A stretch of 39,656 bases of DNA. It comes from Kayfunavirus AN17P1. Position 1 is the first letter of the stretch. Each line of letters starts with the position of its first letter. The notes under the pieces were generated by a model. It was not told the origin of the DNA, searched no databases, and saw only the letters and a list, made by a program, of their open reading frames with translations. The position numbers and the translations under genes were made by a program. The DNA lies in sequence record OZ035755.1; one strand, 5' to 3'. Positions 25,672 to 35,600 of this stretch are shown in pieces.

Positions 25672-25934
25672 CGACCTTTAAGGCCCTCTCTACCGAGGGT
25701 CCTACCTTAGAGACGTATAGTTCTACGGTGGGAACCAGCTTGAAGGTTGACTTCCCTGAGCTTTCAGATGTGACCGACTGGTCGCTGCTTGATGTTGCTA
25801 CGCCTGATGGTGTTAGTTACTCCCGTAGAACCAACAGTCTCTACTTCAAGGCCACCTCTGGCGTGGAAGGTCTAGTGATTGTTGAGTATGACGGTTCGCC
25901 TGTGCGTTCCTTCAACGTATCTTTCACAAACTAA
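25644..25934 (+). other. gene 10B: Putative -1 programmed frameshift site (G GUU UUC) and minor capsid 10B extension
   Basis: GGTTTTC lies 6 codons before the 10A stop, as in T7 (GTG GTT TTC AAA as I recall it); the -1 frame is open from the site to TAA at 25932-25934, adding about 94 aa; the track ORF 25728-25934 is part of this frame. Confidence 0.45.
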
Positions 25935-25938
25935 TTGA

Positions 25939-25977
25939 AACCCCTTGGGTGCCTTCGGGTGCTTGAGGGGTTTTTTG
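25939..25977 (+). terminator. T-phi-like terminator hairpin
   Basis: AACCCCTTGGGTGCC-TTCG-GGTGCTTGAGGGGTTTTTTG: G-U-containing stem plus U-tract, resembling T7 T-phi (AACCCCTTGGGGCCTCTAAACGGGTCTTGAGGGGTTTTTTG) as I recall it; immediately after the capsid region. Confidence 0.75.
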
Positions 25978-25991
25978 CTTAAGGAGGGACT

Positions 25992-26081
25992 ATGGTCCTT
26001 ATTTACACAGGGTTAGCACTATTCGTCTTATTCTGGGCGTACCTTCTGTCCAGCTCACCGTCTAGTGCCTATGACCGTTAA
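25992..26081 (+). CDS. Small membrane peptide, 29 aa (MVLIYTGLALFVLFWAYLLSSSPSSAYDR)
   Basis: Strong SD TAAGGAGGG before ATG; one TM helix; between T-phi and gene 11. Confidence 0.35.
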   Translation: MVLIYTGLALFVLFWAYLLSSSPSSAYDR

Positions 26082-26093
26082 GGAGTAAAACCT

Positions 26094-26660
26094 ATGGCTC
26101 AATATATTCCACTGAATGCTAACGATGACTTAGACGCCATCAACGATATGCTAGCAGCTATCGGTGAACCAGCAGTCCTACAGCTTGACGAGGGGAACGC
26201 TGACGTATCGAACGCTCAACGTATCCTGCATCGTGTCAATCGTCAGGTCCAAGCTAAAGGATGGAACTTTAACATTAATGAAGCTGCTGTCCTGACACCT
26301 GATGTCCAAGACAACAGGATTCGATTCCTGCCGTCATACCTTCGTGTAATGACTGCCGGGGCCACCAGCTACTACAGCAACATGGGTGGATACCTATACG
26401 ACCTGTCCACTCAGTCAACCACTTTCACCGACCCTATAACGGTAGAGCTTGTTGAGATGAAACCGTTCTCTGAGATGCCTGTGGTATTCAGGGACTACAT
26501 CGTTACCAAGGCCAGCCGTGAGTTCAACGCTAAGTTCTTCGGTAGCCCAGAGTCTGAACTGTACCTTCGTGAGCAGGAAGCAGAACTCTATCAGCAGGTC
26601 ATGGAATACGAGATGGACACTGGTCGCTACAACATGATGTCCGACATCGGGAGGGACTAA
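26094..26660 (+). CDS. gene 11: Tail tubular protein A (T7 gp11 homolog), 188 aa
   Basis: Similarity to T7 gp11 as I recall it (ANARRILN.INRQIQ..GW.FNI.E, IVTKASR.FN..FFG.PE, MEYEMD.G.YNM). Confidence 0.9.
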   Translation: MAQYIPLNANDDLDAINDMLAAIGEPAVLQLDEGNADVSNAQRILHRVNRQVQAKGWNFNINEAAVLTPDVQDNRIRFLPSYLRVMTAGATSYYSNMGGYLYDLSTQSTTFTDPITVELVEMKPFSEMPVVFRDYIVTKASREFNAKFFGSPESELYLREQEAELYQQVMEYEMDTGRYNMMSDIGRD

Positions 26661-26887
26661 TGGCTAGTCACAACCTGAAGATTCACCGCCAGCACTTTGG
26701 TCCGGTACAACTAGGTCTAAAGACAGCAGAGCTGAGACTTAACGACCGGGACTTTAAGGTTGGCGATTGGCTTATCCTGAATGAGTGGGACAACGGGTAT
26801 ACTGGACAACAGGTAGCACGTAAGGTTGTCCACATTGCTGACGTTGGTGACATCGCTGAGGGATACGTCCTAATGAGTATGATTTAA
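26660..26887 (+). CDS. DUF3850-like (ASCH/PUA-fold) small protein, 75 aa, inserted between tail tube genes
   Basis: SD GGGAGGGA; motif LKIHRQHFGPVQLGLKTAELRLNDRDFKVGDWLILNEWD fits the DUF3850 signature as I recall it; T7 has gene 12 directly after gene 11. Confidence 0.6.
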   Translation: MASHNLKIHRQHFGPVQLGLKTAELRLNDRDFKVGDWLILNEWDNGYTGQQVARKVVHIADVGDIAEGYVLMSMI

Positions 26888-26896
26888 GGAGGGCAT

Positions 26897-29254
26897 ATGC
26901 CACTAATTACTCAATCAATCAAGAACCTTAAAGGTGGCATTAGCCAACAGCCTGATATACTGAGGTTCTCAGACCAAGGCGAGGAACAGGTAAACTGCTG
27001 GTCATCAGAGAGTGATGGCCTACAGAAGCGTCCACCTACAGTCTTCAAGCGACGTCTTAACATCGACGTTGGGAGCAACCCTAAGTTCCACCTGATTAAC
27101 CGTGATGAGCAGGAGCAGTATTACATCGTGTTCAACGGGTCCAACATTCAGGTAGTTGACTTGAGTGGTAATCAATACTCAGTTTCCGGTGCGGTAGATT
27201 ACGTTAAGTCGTCCAACCCGCGAGATGACATACGTGTCGTTACCGTTGCAGACTATACGTTCATCGTGAACCGTAAGGTTGTCGTTAAAGGTGGAAGCGA
27301 GAAGTCACACTCTGGTTATAATCGTAAAGCTCGTGCTTTAATTAACCTGCGTGGTGGACAGTATGGTCGCACCCTTAAGGTAGGAATCAACGGAGGCGTT
27401 AAGGTTTCGCATAAGCTGCCAGCAGGTAATGATGCCGAGAATGACCCACCTAAGGTGGATGCTCAGGCCATCGGTGCAGCTCTGAGAGACCTTCTTGTTG
27501 CTGCCTATCCTACCTTCACGTTTGACCTTGGGTCTGGCTTCCTGTTAATCACTGCACCTGAAGGGACCGACATTAACGCAGTGGAGACGGAGGATGGCTA
27601 CGCTAACCAGCTAATAAGCCCAGTCCTAGACACTGTGCAGACAATCTCTAAACTACCTCTTGCCGCTCCTAATGGGTATATCATTAAGATTCAAGGTGAG
27701 ACCAACAGTAGCGCCGATGAATATTACGTGATGTATGACTCCAACACTAAGACGTGGAAGGAGACAGTAGAGCCGGGAGTGGTCACTGGGTTCGATAACA
27801 CCACAATGCCACATGCTCTGGTGAGACAATCTGACGGCTCCTTTGAGTTCAAGACTCTGGACTGGTCTAAGCGTGGTGCTGGTAATGATGACACAAACCC
27901 TATGCCTAGCTTCGTGGATGCTACGATTAACGATGTGTTCTTCTACAGGAACAGGCTAGGGTTCTTGTCAGGCGAGAACGTAATCATGAGCCGTTCAGCC
28001 AGCTACTTTTCGTTCTTCCCTAAGAGTGTGGCGACACTGAGTGATGATGACCCTATTGATGTAGCTGTAAGTCACCCTCGAATCTCAATCCTTAAGTATG
28101 CCGTTCCGTTTAGCGAGCAGCTACTACTTTGGTCTGATGAGGTTCAGTTCGTGATGACAAGCTCTGGGGTGCTTACCTCGAAGTCTATCCAGCTTGATGT
28201 AGGCTCAGAGTTTGCCTTAGGAGATAATGCCAGACCGTTCGCTGTAGGACGCTCAGTCTTCTTCCCAGCGCCTCGTGGGTCATTCACCAGCATTAAGCGA
28301 TACTTCGCTGTAGCAGATGTGTCTGACGTGAAGGATGCCGATGATACCACTGGTCACGTACTGTCCTATATCCCTAACGGGGTGTTTGACATTCAAGGTA
28401 CAGGGACTGAGAACTACATCTGCGTCAACTCTACAGGTGCATACAACCTAATCTACATCTATAAGTTCTTGTTTAAGGACGGCGTACAGCTTCAAGCCTC
28501 TTGGTCGCACTGGGAGTTCCCTAAAGCTGATAAGATTCTGGCGTCTGCTTCGATTGGCTCTACCATGTTCATTGTTCGTCAGCACCAAGGCGGCGTGGAC
28601 CTTGAGCACCTTAAGTTTATCAAGGAGGCAACCGACTTTCCGTTAGAGCCATATAGACTCCACGTTGACTCCAAGGTGTCTATGGTAATACCAATTGGCT
28701 CATACAACGTTGACACCTATAAGACTACGGTTGACATTGGTTCTGCTTATGGTGGAAACGCTCCGTCTCCCGGTCGGTACTATCTTATTGACAGTCAGGG
28801 TGCCTACGTGGACCTTGGTGAATTGACAGACATCTCAACTGTGGCTATACTAAATGGCGATTGGTCAGGACGTACAGTGTTCATAGGACGGTCTTATCTG
28901 ATGTCCTACAAGTTCTCACGGTTCCTGATTAAGATTGAAGACGGTAGCGGCACTCAATCTGAAGACACTGGTCGTCTACAACTTCGTCGGGCTTGGGTCA
29001 ACTACAAGGACACTGGCGCTCTTAGACTCATTGTCAGAAACGGTGAGCGGGAGTTCGTGAATACCTTTAATGGGTACACCCTTGGTCAGCAGACCATTGG
29101 GACTACCAACATTGGTGACGGTCAGTATCGCTTCGCTATGAATGGTAACGCATTAATCACGAGTCTAACCTTAGAGTCAGATTATCCTACCCCAGTGTCC
29201 ATCGTTGGCTGTGGCTGGGAGGCGTCATACGCTAAGAAAGCTCGTTCTGTCTAA
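26897..29254 (+). CDS. gene 12: Tail tubular protein B (T7 gp12 homolog), 785 aa
   Basis: N-terminus MPLITQSIKNLKGGISQQPDILRFSDQG matches T7 gp12 MALISQSIKNLKGGISQQPDILRYPDQG as I recall it, with many collinear blocks (RNRLGFLSGEN, LKYAVPFSE, GRLQLRRAWVNY). Confidence 0.96.
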   Translation: MPLITQSIKNLKGGISQQPDILRFSDQGEEQVNCWSSESDGLQKRPPTVFKRRLNIDVGSNPKFHLINRDEQEQYYIVFNGSNIQVVDLSGNQYSVSGAVDYVKSSNPRDDIRVVTVADYTFIVNRKVVVKGGSEKSHSGYNRKARALINLRGGQYGRTLKVGINGGVKVSHKLPAGNDAENDPPKVDAQAIGAALRDLLVAAYPTFTFDLGSGFLLITAPEGTDINAVETEDGYANQLISPVLDTVQTISKLPLAAPNGYIIKIQGETNSSADEYYVMYDSNTKTWKETVEPGVVTGFDNTTMPHALVRQSDGSFEFKTLDWSKRGAGNDDTNPMPSFVDATINDVFFYRNRLGFLSGENVIMSRSASYFSFFPKSVATLSDDDPIDVAVSHPRISILKYAVPFSEQLLLWSDEVQFVMTSSGVLTSKSIQLDVGSEFALGDNARPFAVGRSVFFPAPRGSFTSIKRYFAVADVSDVKDADDTTGHVLSYIPNGVFDIQGTGTENYICVNSTGAYNLIYIYKFLFKDGVQLQASWSHWEFPKADKILASASIGSTMFIVRQHQGGVDLEHLKFIKEATDFPLEPYRLHVDSKVSMVIPIGSYNVDTYKTTVDIGSAYGGNAPSPGRYYLIDSQGAYVDLGELTDISTVAILNGDWSGRTVFIGRSYLMSYKFSRFLIKIEDGSGTQSEDTGRLQLRRAWVNYKDTGALRLIVRNGEREFVNTFNGYTLGQQTIGTTNIGDGQYRFAMNGNALITSLTLESDYPTPVSIVGCGWEASYAKKARSV

Positions 29255-29261
29255 CTTATTG

Positions 29262-29311
29262 AAGGGCCTATAGATTTACCTTAACTATCACTATAGGGAC
29301 TATAGGCCCTT
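29262..29311. repeat. Perfect 12-bp inverted repeat AAGGGCCTATAG / CTATAGGCCCTT enclosing the phi13 promoter core
   Basis: Arms at 29262-29273 and 29300-29311 are exact reverse complements; the 26-nt loop holds TTAACTATCACTATAGGGA. Confidence 0.6.
29279..29302 (+). promoter_or_regulatory. Phage RNAP promoter (phi13-like)
   Basis: CCTTAACTATCACTATAGGGACT; consensus match. Confidence 0.75.
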
Positions 29312-29330
29312 AAGGTTATAAGGAGACTTT

Positions 29331-29801
29331 ATGTATATTCGCAAGGCTACGGAACCAGATGTCCACTACTTTCTGTGGCATCTTTCAGCAGATGATGTTA
29401 ATGAATGCAAAGCAAACTACGGGTCAACCGTTGGTCTCTCAGAGAGACTGCTTAAGCACCTATCTCCATCATCTGTGGTTTTAACGAACGGTGTAGGTGA
29501 AGTGTTTGCCTATGGTGGAAACCAAGGGGATAACGTATGGTTCTTGACTTCTGGTCTGGTCTACAAGCTGGGGCCTAAAGAGAAGCGAGAGTTCATAAAG
29601 TGTATCTCTGAGTACAGGGACTTAATGTTAGACCAATACGGGACCATCTGGAACTACGTGTGGTCAGGCAATAAGTCTCACATTAAATTCTTGAAGTTGC
29701 TTGGCGCTAAATTCCATGATGATTGGACTGTAAGCCCGGTAACTGGTGAGCGTTTTCAACTATTCACTATCTCTAAGGAGGACGTATGTGCGAGCCAGTA
29801 A
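29331..29801 (+). CDS. gene 13: gp13-position protein (internal virion / assembly protein A), 156 aa
   Basis: SD TAAGGAG; position between gp12 and gp14 behind a phage promoter. Confidence 0.55.
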   Translation: MYIRKATEPDVHYFLWHLSADDVNECKANYGSTVGLSERLLKHLSPSSVVLTNGVGEVFAYGGNQGDNVWFLTSGLVYKLGPKEKREFIKCISEYRDLMLDQYGTIWNYVWSGNKSHIKFLKLLGAKFHDDWTVSPVTGERFQLFTISKEDVCASQ

Positions 29802-30373
29802 GTATCGGCATGGGTATTATGGCTGTAGCTGGTGCCGCTATGTCCGCTTCTAGTCAGGCCAAAGCTGAGGGTGCTGCTATCGACGCTCAGAACCGTCAGG
29901 CTCAGGAGATGGTTAAGCAGATGAACTACTCTGACGCCAACCTGAAGATGCAGGAGCGAGACCTGAAGGAGCAGCAGATGGCTGAACTGACAGAGACCAC
30001 GTTAAACGGTATCCGCAATCAGGGTATGGTCCGAGCTGCGGTAGCTGAGTCCGGTCTGGAAGGTAACTCTATGGACAGGATTGAACGTCAAGTCGCGGGA
30101 GACACAGTCAAGGAGAGAGCCGGGATTACCGAAAGCTACAACCGTGACTATGCGGCTATCTTCGGGAACCGTATCGCCAACATTGAGAACACCAAGTCTG
30201 CTATCCGTGGTCAAGGTAAAATCATCAAGACCAGCCCACTAGCTCATGCACTTAATGTTGCTAACGCCGGGATGCAAGGGTACGCTGCTGGCAAGTCAAT
30301 ATCTGGGGCATCAAGCTCCGGTGGTGCCGCACCGATTAGTGCTGCTAAAGGCACACCTACAGGTCATAGCTAA
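29786..30373 (+). CDS. gene 14: Internal virion protein B (T7 gp14 homolog), 195 aa
   Basis: Size (T7 196 aa), Ala/Gln-rich N-terminus, and AAVAESGLEGNSMDRIERQ versus T7 AAIGESMLEGSSMDRIKRV as I recall it. Confidence 0.85.
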   Translation: MCEPVSIGMGIMAVAGAAMSASSQAKAEGAAIDAQNRQAQEMVKQMNYSDANLKMQERDLKEQQMAELTETTLNGIRNQGMVRAAVAESGLEGNSMDRIERQVAGDTVKERAGITESYNRDYAAIFGNRIANIENTKSAIRGQGKIIKTSPLAHALNVANAGMQGYAAGKSISGASSSGGAAPISAAKGTPTGHS

Positions 30374-30384
30374 GAGGAGGACTA

Positions 30385-32667
30385 ATGGCTAGTAATATTG
30401 AATCAGCTCTGGCTAATCGGACTATGGGTCGTGGCAGGGCTCCGGGTAAAACTATCGCCGTCAACTATCAAGCAGCCAGCGTTCAGGCTCCAACTGGTGA
30501 CTCAGGTCTGGCTCGGGCGTTAACCAACTTCGTTGAGTCTGGTACTGGATTATACAAGCAGTTCAAAGACGAGGAGAAGACACGGGCCGACGAGCGGTCT
30601 AACGAGATTATCCGTAAGCTGACACCTCAGCAAAGACGTGAGGCTATCCAGAACGGTACATTGCTGTATCAGGATGACCCTTACGCTATGGAAGCACTTC
30701 GAGTCAAGACTGGACGTAACGCTGCCTTTGCGGTGGATGACGAGATTAACGTTAAGATTCAGAACGGTGAGTTCCGTACACGTCAGGACATGGAAGAGTA
30801 TCGCCACCAGCGACTTCAGGACGCCGCTAAGTCCTATGCGGAAGAGGCGGGTATTAACCCTACCGATGAGTTCTTCCAGCGAGGGTTCAACGATAACATC
30901 ACAGACCGCAACATCGCTATCTATGGGTCCTTCAATAAGTATTTCAGTAAGCAGTCTGAAGAGACAGCAATGTTGAATACTCGTATTGAGATGAACTCAT
31001 TCCTGAACGATGGCGACCTGATGCGTTCACCTGAGTCAGGTAAGACCTTCATGGCCTACCTTCGTGATGGACTGACTACTGCTGCTATCCCTTCAGACCA
31101 GAGAGCACGGGAGGTCATTACCCAGACGGTCCGTGACGCAATCCAGAAGTCCGGCGGCTCAAACTTCCTACAGCAAGTACGAGGCGAGAGAATCACCCTT
31201 AACGGCGTGGATGCTACAGTCGAAGAGATTGTAGGACCTGATGTCTTCAACGCTGCTATTGTTGAGGCACAAGGAACTGAGTACAAGCTGGTGGCTAAGT
31301 ATCAGGAAGACTTGTCGTTAGGCGTTCAGTCTGCGATTCTTCAGGATGACCCAACCATCGGTCTGGCCCAGATTCAGAAACTCAAGGAGCAGAACAACCT
31401 GCTTCAACCGGGTGAAGAACTCACGCCTCAGCGTCAGATGCTTATTAATGCCGAAGCCAGCTTACTGGAAGCGGTCAAGCGTAAGTCTGCTGAACAAGCG
31501 AATGAGAACACTAAGTTAATCCAGACCCAGAACAAGCAACTGGTCATCGACCAAGTGTATCAGCGACGTCTGGCTGGTGACAACGTATCCACCAACTATG
31601 AGGACCTTCCGGTCTCTGACGCTACAGGGGAGTTCAAGCGTTCAGACATGAACAACTATGCGTCTTCCAAGCTACAGCAGATTGACCAGATGGACATCCC
31701 TGAGGCTGCTAAGGACGCTCAGAAGGTGGCATTGTTAAGAGCTGACACTAATAACGGTCCGTTCCGTAATGCCTTCCAGACGCTGACTCAGGACGCTGCT
31801 GGTGAGTGGCAAGCTGCGGTCATCCGTGGACAGTACGACCCAGATAAGATGCAACGCTTCGAGTCTCTTCGTCGTGCCTACACTCAGGACCCTTCAAGTT
31901 TCGCTGCTCTGTATCCTGACCAAGCTCAGTTGTTCTCTACATTCGACCAGATGGACAAAATGGGTCTGGACCCTCAGACGATGATTGAAGCTGATAAGCA
32001 AGCTGCAAGTCAAAGCCGTGAGATGCGCATGGAGTCAGACAAGGCGTGGCAGGAGCTGAAGAACGACTCCAAGAACACCCAGTTGTCTCGCCTCCCAACG
32101 TCTCTGGACTCAAGTGCTCGTAAGGTCTGGGACTCATGGTACTATCGTACAGGTAACGCTGACGCTGCAACTCAGCAGACTCAACGCTGGCTGAATGAGA
32201 ACACCGTAACGTTCCAGTCTGAAGGTTCTGACGGTAAGTCCATCGGCATGGTGTCCAAGCACCAGCTTATGGTCGGGGATAACCCAGAGTCATGGCAGGT
32301 AGGTCGAGACATTATCGACACCGCTCGTCAGCAGCTAATTAAGACGAACCCTTGGGTAGTGAACTCTCAGTTGTCCGTTGTTGAACAGAACGGCTCTATC
32401 TTCCTCCAAGACGCTACAGGGACTATTCGTATTCGCTACGATAAAGAACTTGTAGGTAAACTCTACCGCGAACAACAGCAGAAGGCACAAGATGCCGCAT
32501 ATGCTCAGGCAGAACGTGACGCTAACAAGCGGGCACGTATCGTCGGGACTAAGGCTACTGGTGACAAACGTCGAGCTGACCGAGAGGCCAACATCGAGAA
32601 GCGCGGTGGGATGTATAATGACGTCTCACTGGAGGGTATCGCAAACGTACTAATCGGTAAGGAGTAA
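30385..32667 (+). CDS. gene 15: Internal virion protein C (T7 gp15 homolog), 760 aa
   Basis: Size and position (T7 gp15 747 aa); strong SD AAGAGGAGG. Confidence 0.85.
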   Translation: MASNIESALANRTMGRGRAPGKTIAVNYQAASVQAPTGDSGLARALTNFVESGTGLYKQFKDEEKTRADERSNEIIRKLTPQQRREAIQNGTLLYQDDPYAMEALRVKTGRNAAFAVDDEINVKIQNGEFRTRQDMEEYRHQRLQDAAKSYAEEAGINPTDEFFQRGFNDNITDRNIAIYGSFNKYFSKQSEETAMLNTRIEMNSFLNDGDLMRSPESGKTFMAYLRDGLTTAAIPSDQRAREVITQTVRDAIQKSGGSNFLQQVRGERITLNGVDATVEEIVGPDVFNAAIVEAQGTEYKLVAKYQEDLSLGVQSAILQDDPTIGLAQIQKLKEQNNLLQPGEELTPQRQMLINAEASLLEAVKRKSAEQANENTKLIQTQNKQLVIDQVYQRRLAGDNVSTNYEDLPVSDATGEFKRSDMNNYASSKLQQIDQMDIPEAAKDAQKVALLRADTNNGPFRNAFQTLTQDAAGEWQAAVIRGQYDPDKMQRFESLRRAYTQDPSSFAALYPDQAQLFSTFDQMDKMGLDPQTMIEADKQAASQSREMRMESDKAWQELKNDSKNTQLSRLPTSLDSSARKVWDSWYYRTGNADAATQQTQRWLNENTVTFQSEGSDGKSIGMVSKHQLMVGDNPESWQVGRDIIDTARQQLIKTNPWVVNSQLSVVEQNGSIFLQDATGTIRIRYDKELVGKLYREQQQKAQDAAYAQAERDANKRARIVGTKATGDKRRADREANIEKRGGMYNDVSLEGIANVLIGKE

Positions 32668-32671
32668 CATA

Positions 32672-35600
32672 ATGGCGACTCGTGGTATTCGCAATAACAA
32701 TCCGGGGAACATCCGGGTAAGTAAGGACCAATGGGAAGGAATGACTGGAGATGATGGCGCATTCGTCACCTTCGATAGTCCAGAGTCTGGCGTCCGAGCT
32801 TTAGGTAAAAACCTGCTGTCCTACGGTCGCCAAGGTTATGACTCCATCGAGAAGATTATCAACAGGTGGGCACCTCCTAACGAGAACGACACTCAGGCTT
32901 ATATTGACTCAGTGGTGGCTGCGACTGGTATTCCAGCTACCCAGAGTCTCGACCTCTCGGACCCGGACACCCTGTCTTCTCTGGCGCAAGCTATCAGCTT
33001 CCATGAGACAGGCTCCCGGTACGACCCTGAAGTCTATCAACAGGGAGTCGCAAGAGCACTCAACGGTATCAGCCCAAAGACTCCACCAGTAAGCGCTAAC
33101 GTATTTGACGCACTCACGGAAGGACTCAAAGCTAAACCTAAAGTAGCTCTGGGCGAGAACCTCCCGACCGCTGCTGGTCTGAACATTGAGGGTCAAGCAC
33201 CTGAAGCTCCCAACGAATCGTTCGGTGAGATGTTCTATAAAGCTACTGGCGAGACCATGCAGGAACGAGAGGACCGCTCTACGTGGTTCGGTTTCGGTGC
33301 GGCTACAGAAGCTGAAGTGAAGAACTCTATGGTCGGCGTGGCTATCCGCGCTGGTAAGACCGAGGACTCACTGGATGTCATTGGTGATGTGTTCAACCCG
33401 ACCAGATGGAACAACCATAAGTGGTCTCGTGAGGAGCTGGACCAGATTCGTAACGCTGGGGTTCTGCCTCAGTATTATGGGGTAATTACTGGTGGGTCTC
33501 CTCAGAACCTGACCGAGCTTATTAACTTGGCTCTTGAGAACCAGAAGTTGGACCAAGAGAAGGCCAAGGCTGGGACTGGTGCTCAGTTAGCTGCTGGTGT
33601 GATTGGTGCTGGTGTAGACCCTCTGACATACGTTCCTATCGCTGGACAGGTTGGTAAAGGTGGTAAGCTGGTCAATAAGATGTTCACCGTGGCTGCTCAA
33701 TCTGGAGCACTGGCTGGTGTGTCCGAGATGGCCCGTACCTCAGTGGTTGGTGGTGATGCTCATGTGGCTGAAGCTATCCTTGGTGGTGCTCTCTTCGGTG
33801 GTGGTATGACTGCTATCGCCGATGGGTTAGGCAGAGCCTTAGGCCGCAACACTAATGAGTTCGCTGGCCCAGCTACACGTCTGGAAGCTCGTGAGACTGC
33901 TCGTAACGTTGATGGTCAGGACCTATCTCGTCTACCTATTCAGGAAGGTGAGCAGACCTTTAGTCATCAAGGTGTTAAGTTCGCAGACGTTCCGAACGAG
34001 CCGGGTAGTGTACGACTGGAAGATGGTTCAATCCTGATTGGTGAGAACCCTCTGAACCCTAAGACACGTCAGGTCTTTGACGAAGTGATTGAGCCTGAAC
34101 GTGCCGCTGCTGGTGTGAACCTTGGTGGTCTTACTGAGATTGGCCTGAAGCTGCTTCGGTCTGAGAACCCTGAGATTCGTGGAGTAGCTGCTGACTTAGT
34201 GCGTTCACCGACTGGTATGCAGTCTGGGGCCTCAGGTAAAATCGGGACAACTGCGTCAGACGTGTTCGAGAGACTTCGTGCTGTGGACCATCGGTTCTAC
34301 AACGACATCGACGATGCGGTTACTGAGGCGCTCAAGGACCCATACTTCCAGACAGCATTCTGGCGAGACTCTGGCGCATTCCGTCAGGACATCTACCAGC
34401 GTGTGTCTATGGCTATCGAAGATGGTAGTGGGAACCTGAAGGCTGAACTAACTCCGGGAGAACTGAAAGTCTATGACCTACTGAAGAACCAGTTCGACGC
34501 CAAGCGTGAGATGATGGAGAACCCAGCGATGTTTGGTCGTCCAGACGCTCAGTCTATCTTTCCGGGTAGCCGCTTCAAGGGAACCTACGTCCCGCATGTG
34601 TATAGCAAACAGATGAAGGAGCTGTACATCAAGGAGCTTGGAAGTCCAGAGGCACTACAGGAGGCCATCAAGAAGTCATGGTTGACCAGCTATGCGTCTC
34701 GACCTGAGGTCAAGAAACGTGTGGACGAGGCACTATTAGAGGCTTACCCTACGTTGACTCCAGAAGGACTTGCGGCTGCGGTCGATAAGTACGCCAACGA
34801 TAAGGCTTATGGTATCTCTCACACCGAGCAGTTCGAGCGTTCATCCGTAATGGAGGAGAACATCAACGGGCTGGTGGGTCTGGAGAACAACAGCTTCCTT
34901 GAGGCTCGTAACCTGTTCGATAGCGATATGTCAATCGTTCTTCCTAACGGTCAGACCTTCAGTGTCAACAACCTGCGTGAGTGGGACATGGACAAGATTG
35001 TCCCGGCCTACAACCGTCGAGTTAATGGTGATATTGCTATCATGGCTGGTACAGGCAAGACAACGAAGGGAATGAAGGACTTAGTTGAGACCATGATGAA
35101 CAAGGCTGGTGATGACGGAAAGTTGAAAGGTGAAGTATCTACCTTACGTGACACCCTGAAGATTCTCACTGGTCGTGCTCGACGTGATGGTGCTGATGAT
35201 GTGGCCTTCGCTACCGTGATGCGCACTATGACAGACCTATCGTTCTTCGCTAAGAATGCCTACATGGGTGTTCAGAACTTAACGGAGATTGGTGGTATGC
35301 TGGCTCGTGGTAACGTTCGTGCACTGCTACACGGAGTACCGATGTTCCGTGACCTAGCCTTCCGTAACAAGAAGGTCGGGGCCGCAGAGATTAAGGACCT
35401 GCACAATGTTATCTTTGGTAAGGAACTGGACGACTCAATCCGTCCGTCTAAACAGGATGTTATCGACCGTCTGCGATCTTACAGTGACCTAGGTCGCGGG
35501 GCCGCTACAGCTCTGGGGACTGCCAAGTATTACACTGGTGAGCTTGTAGTACGCTCTCCGTTCACTAAAGTCCTCAACGGCACGACCAACTACCTGTTAG

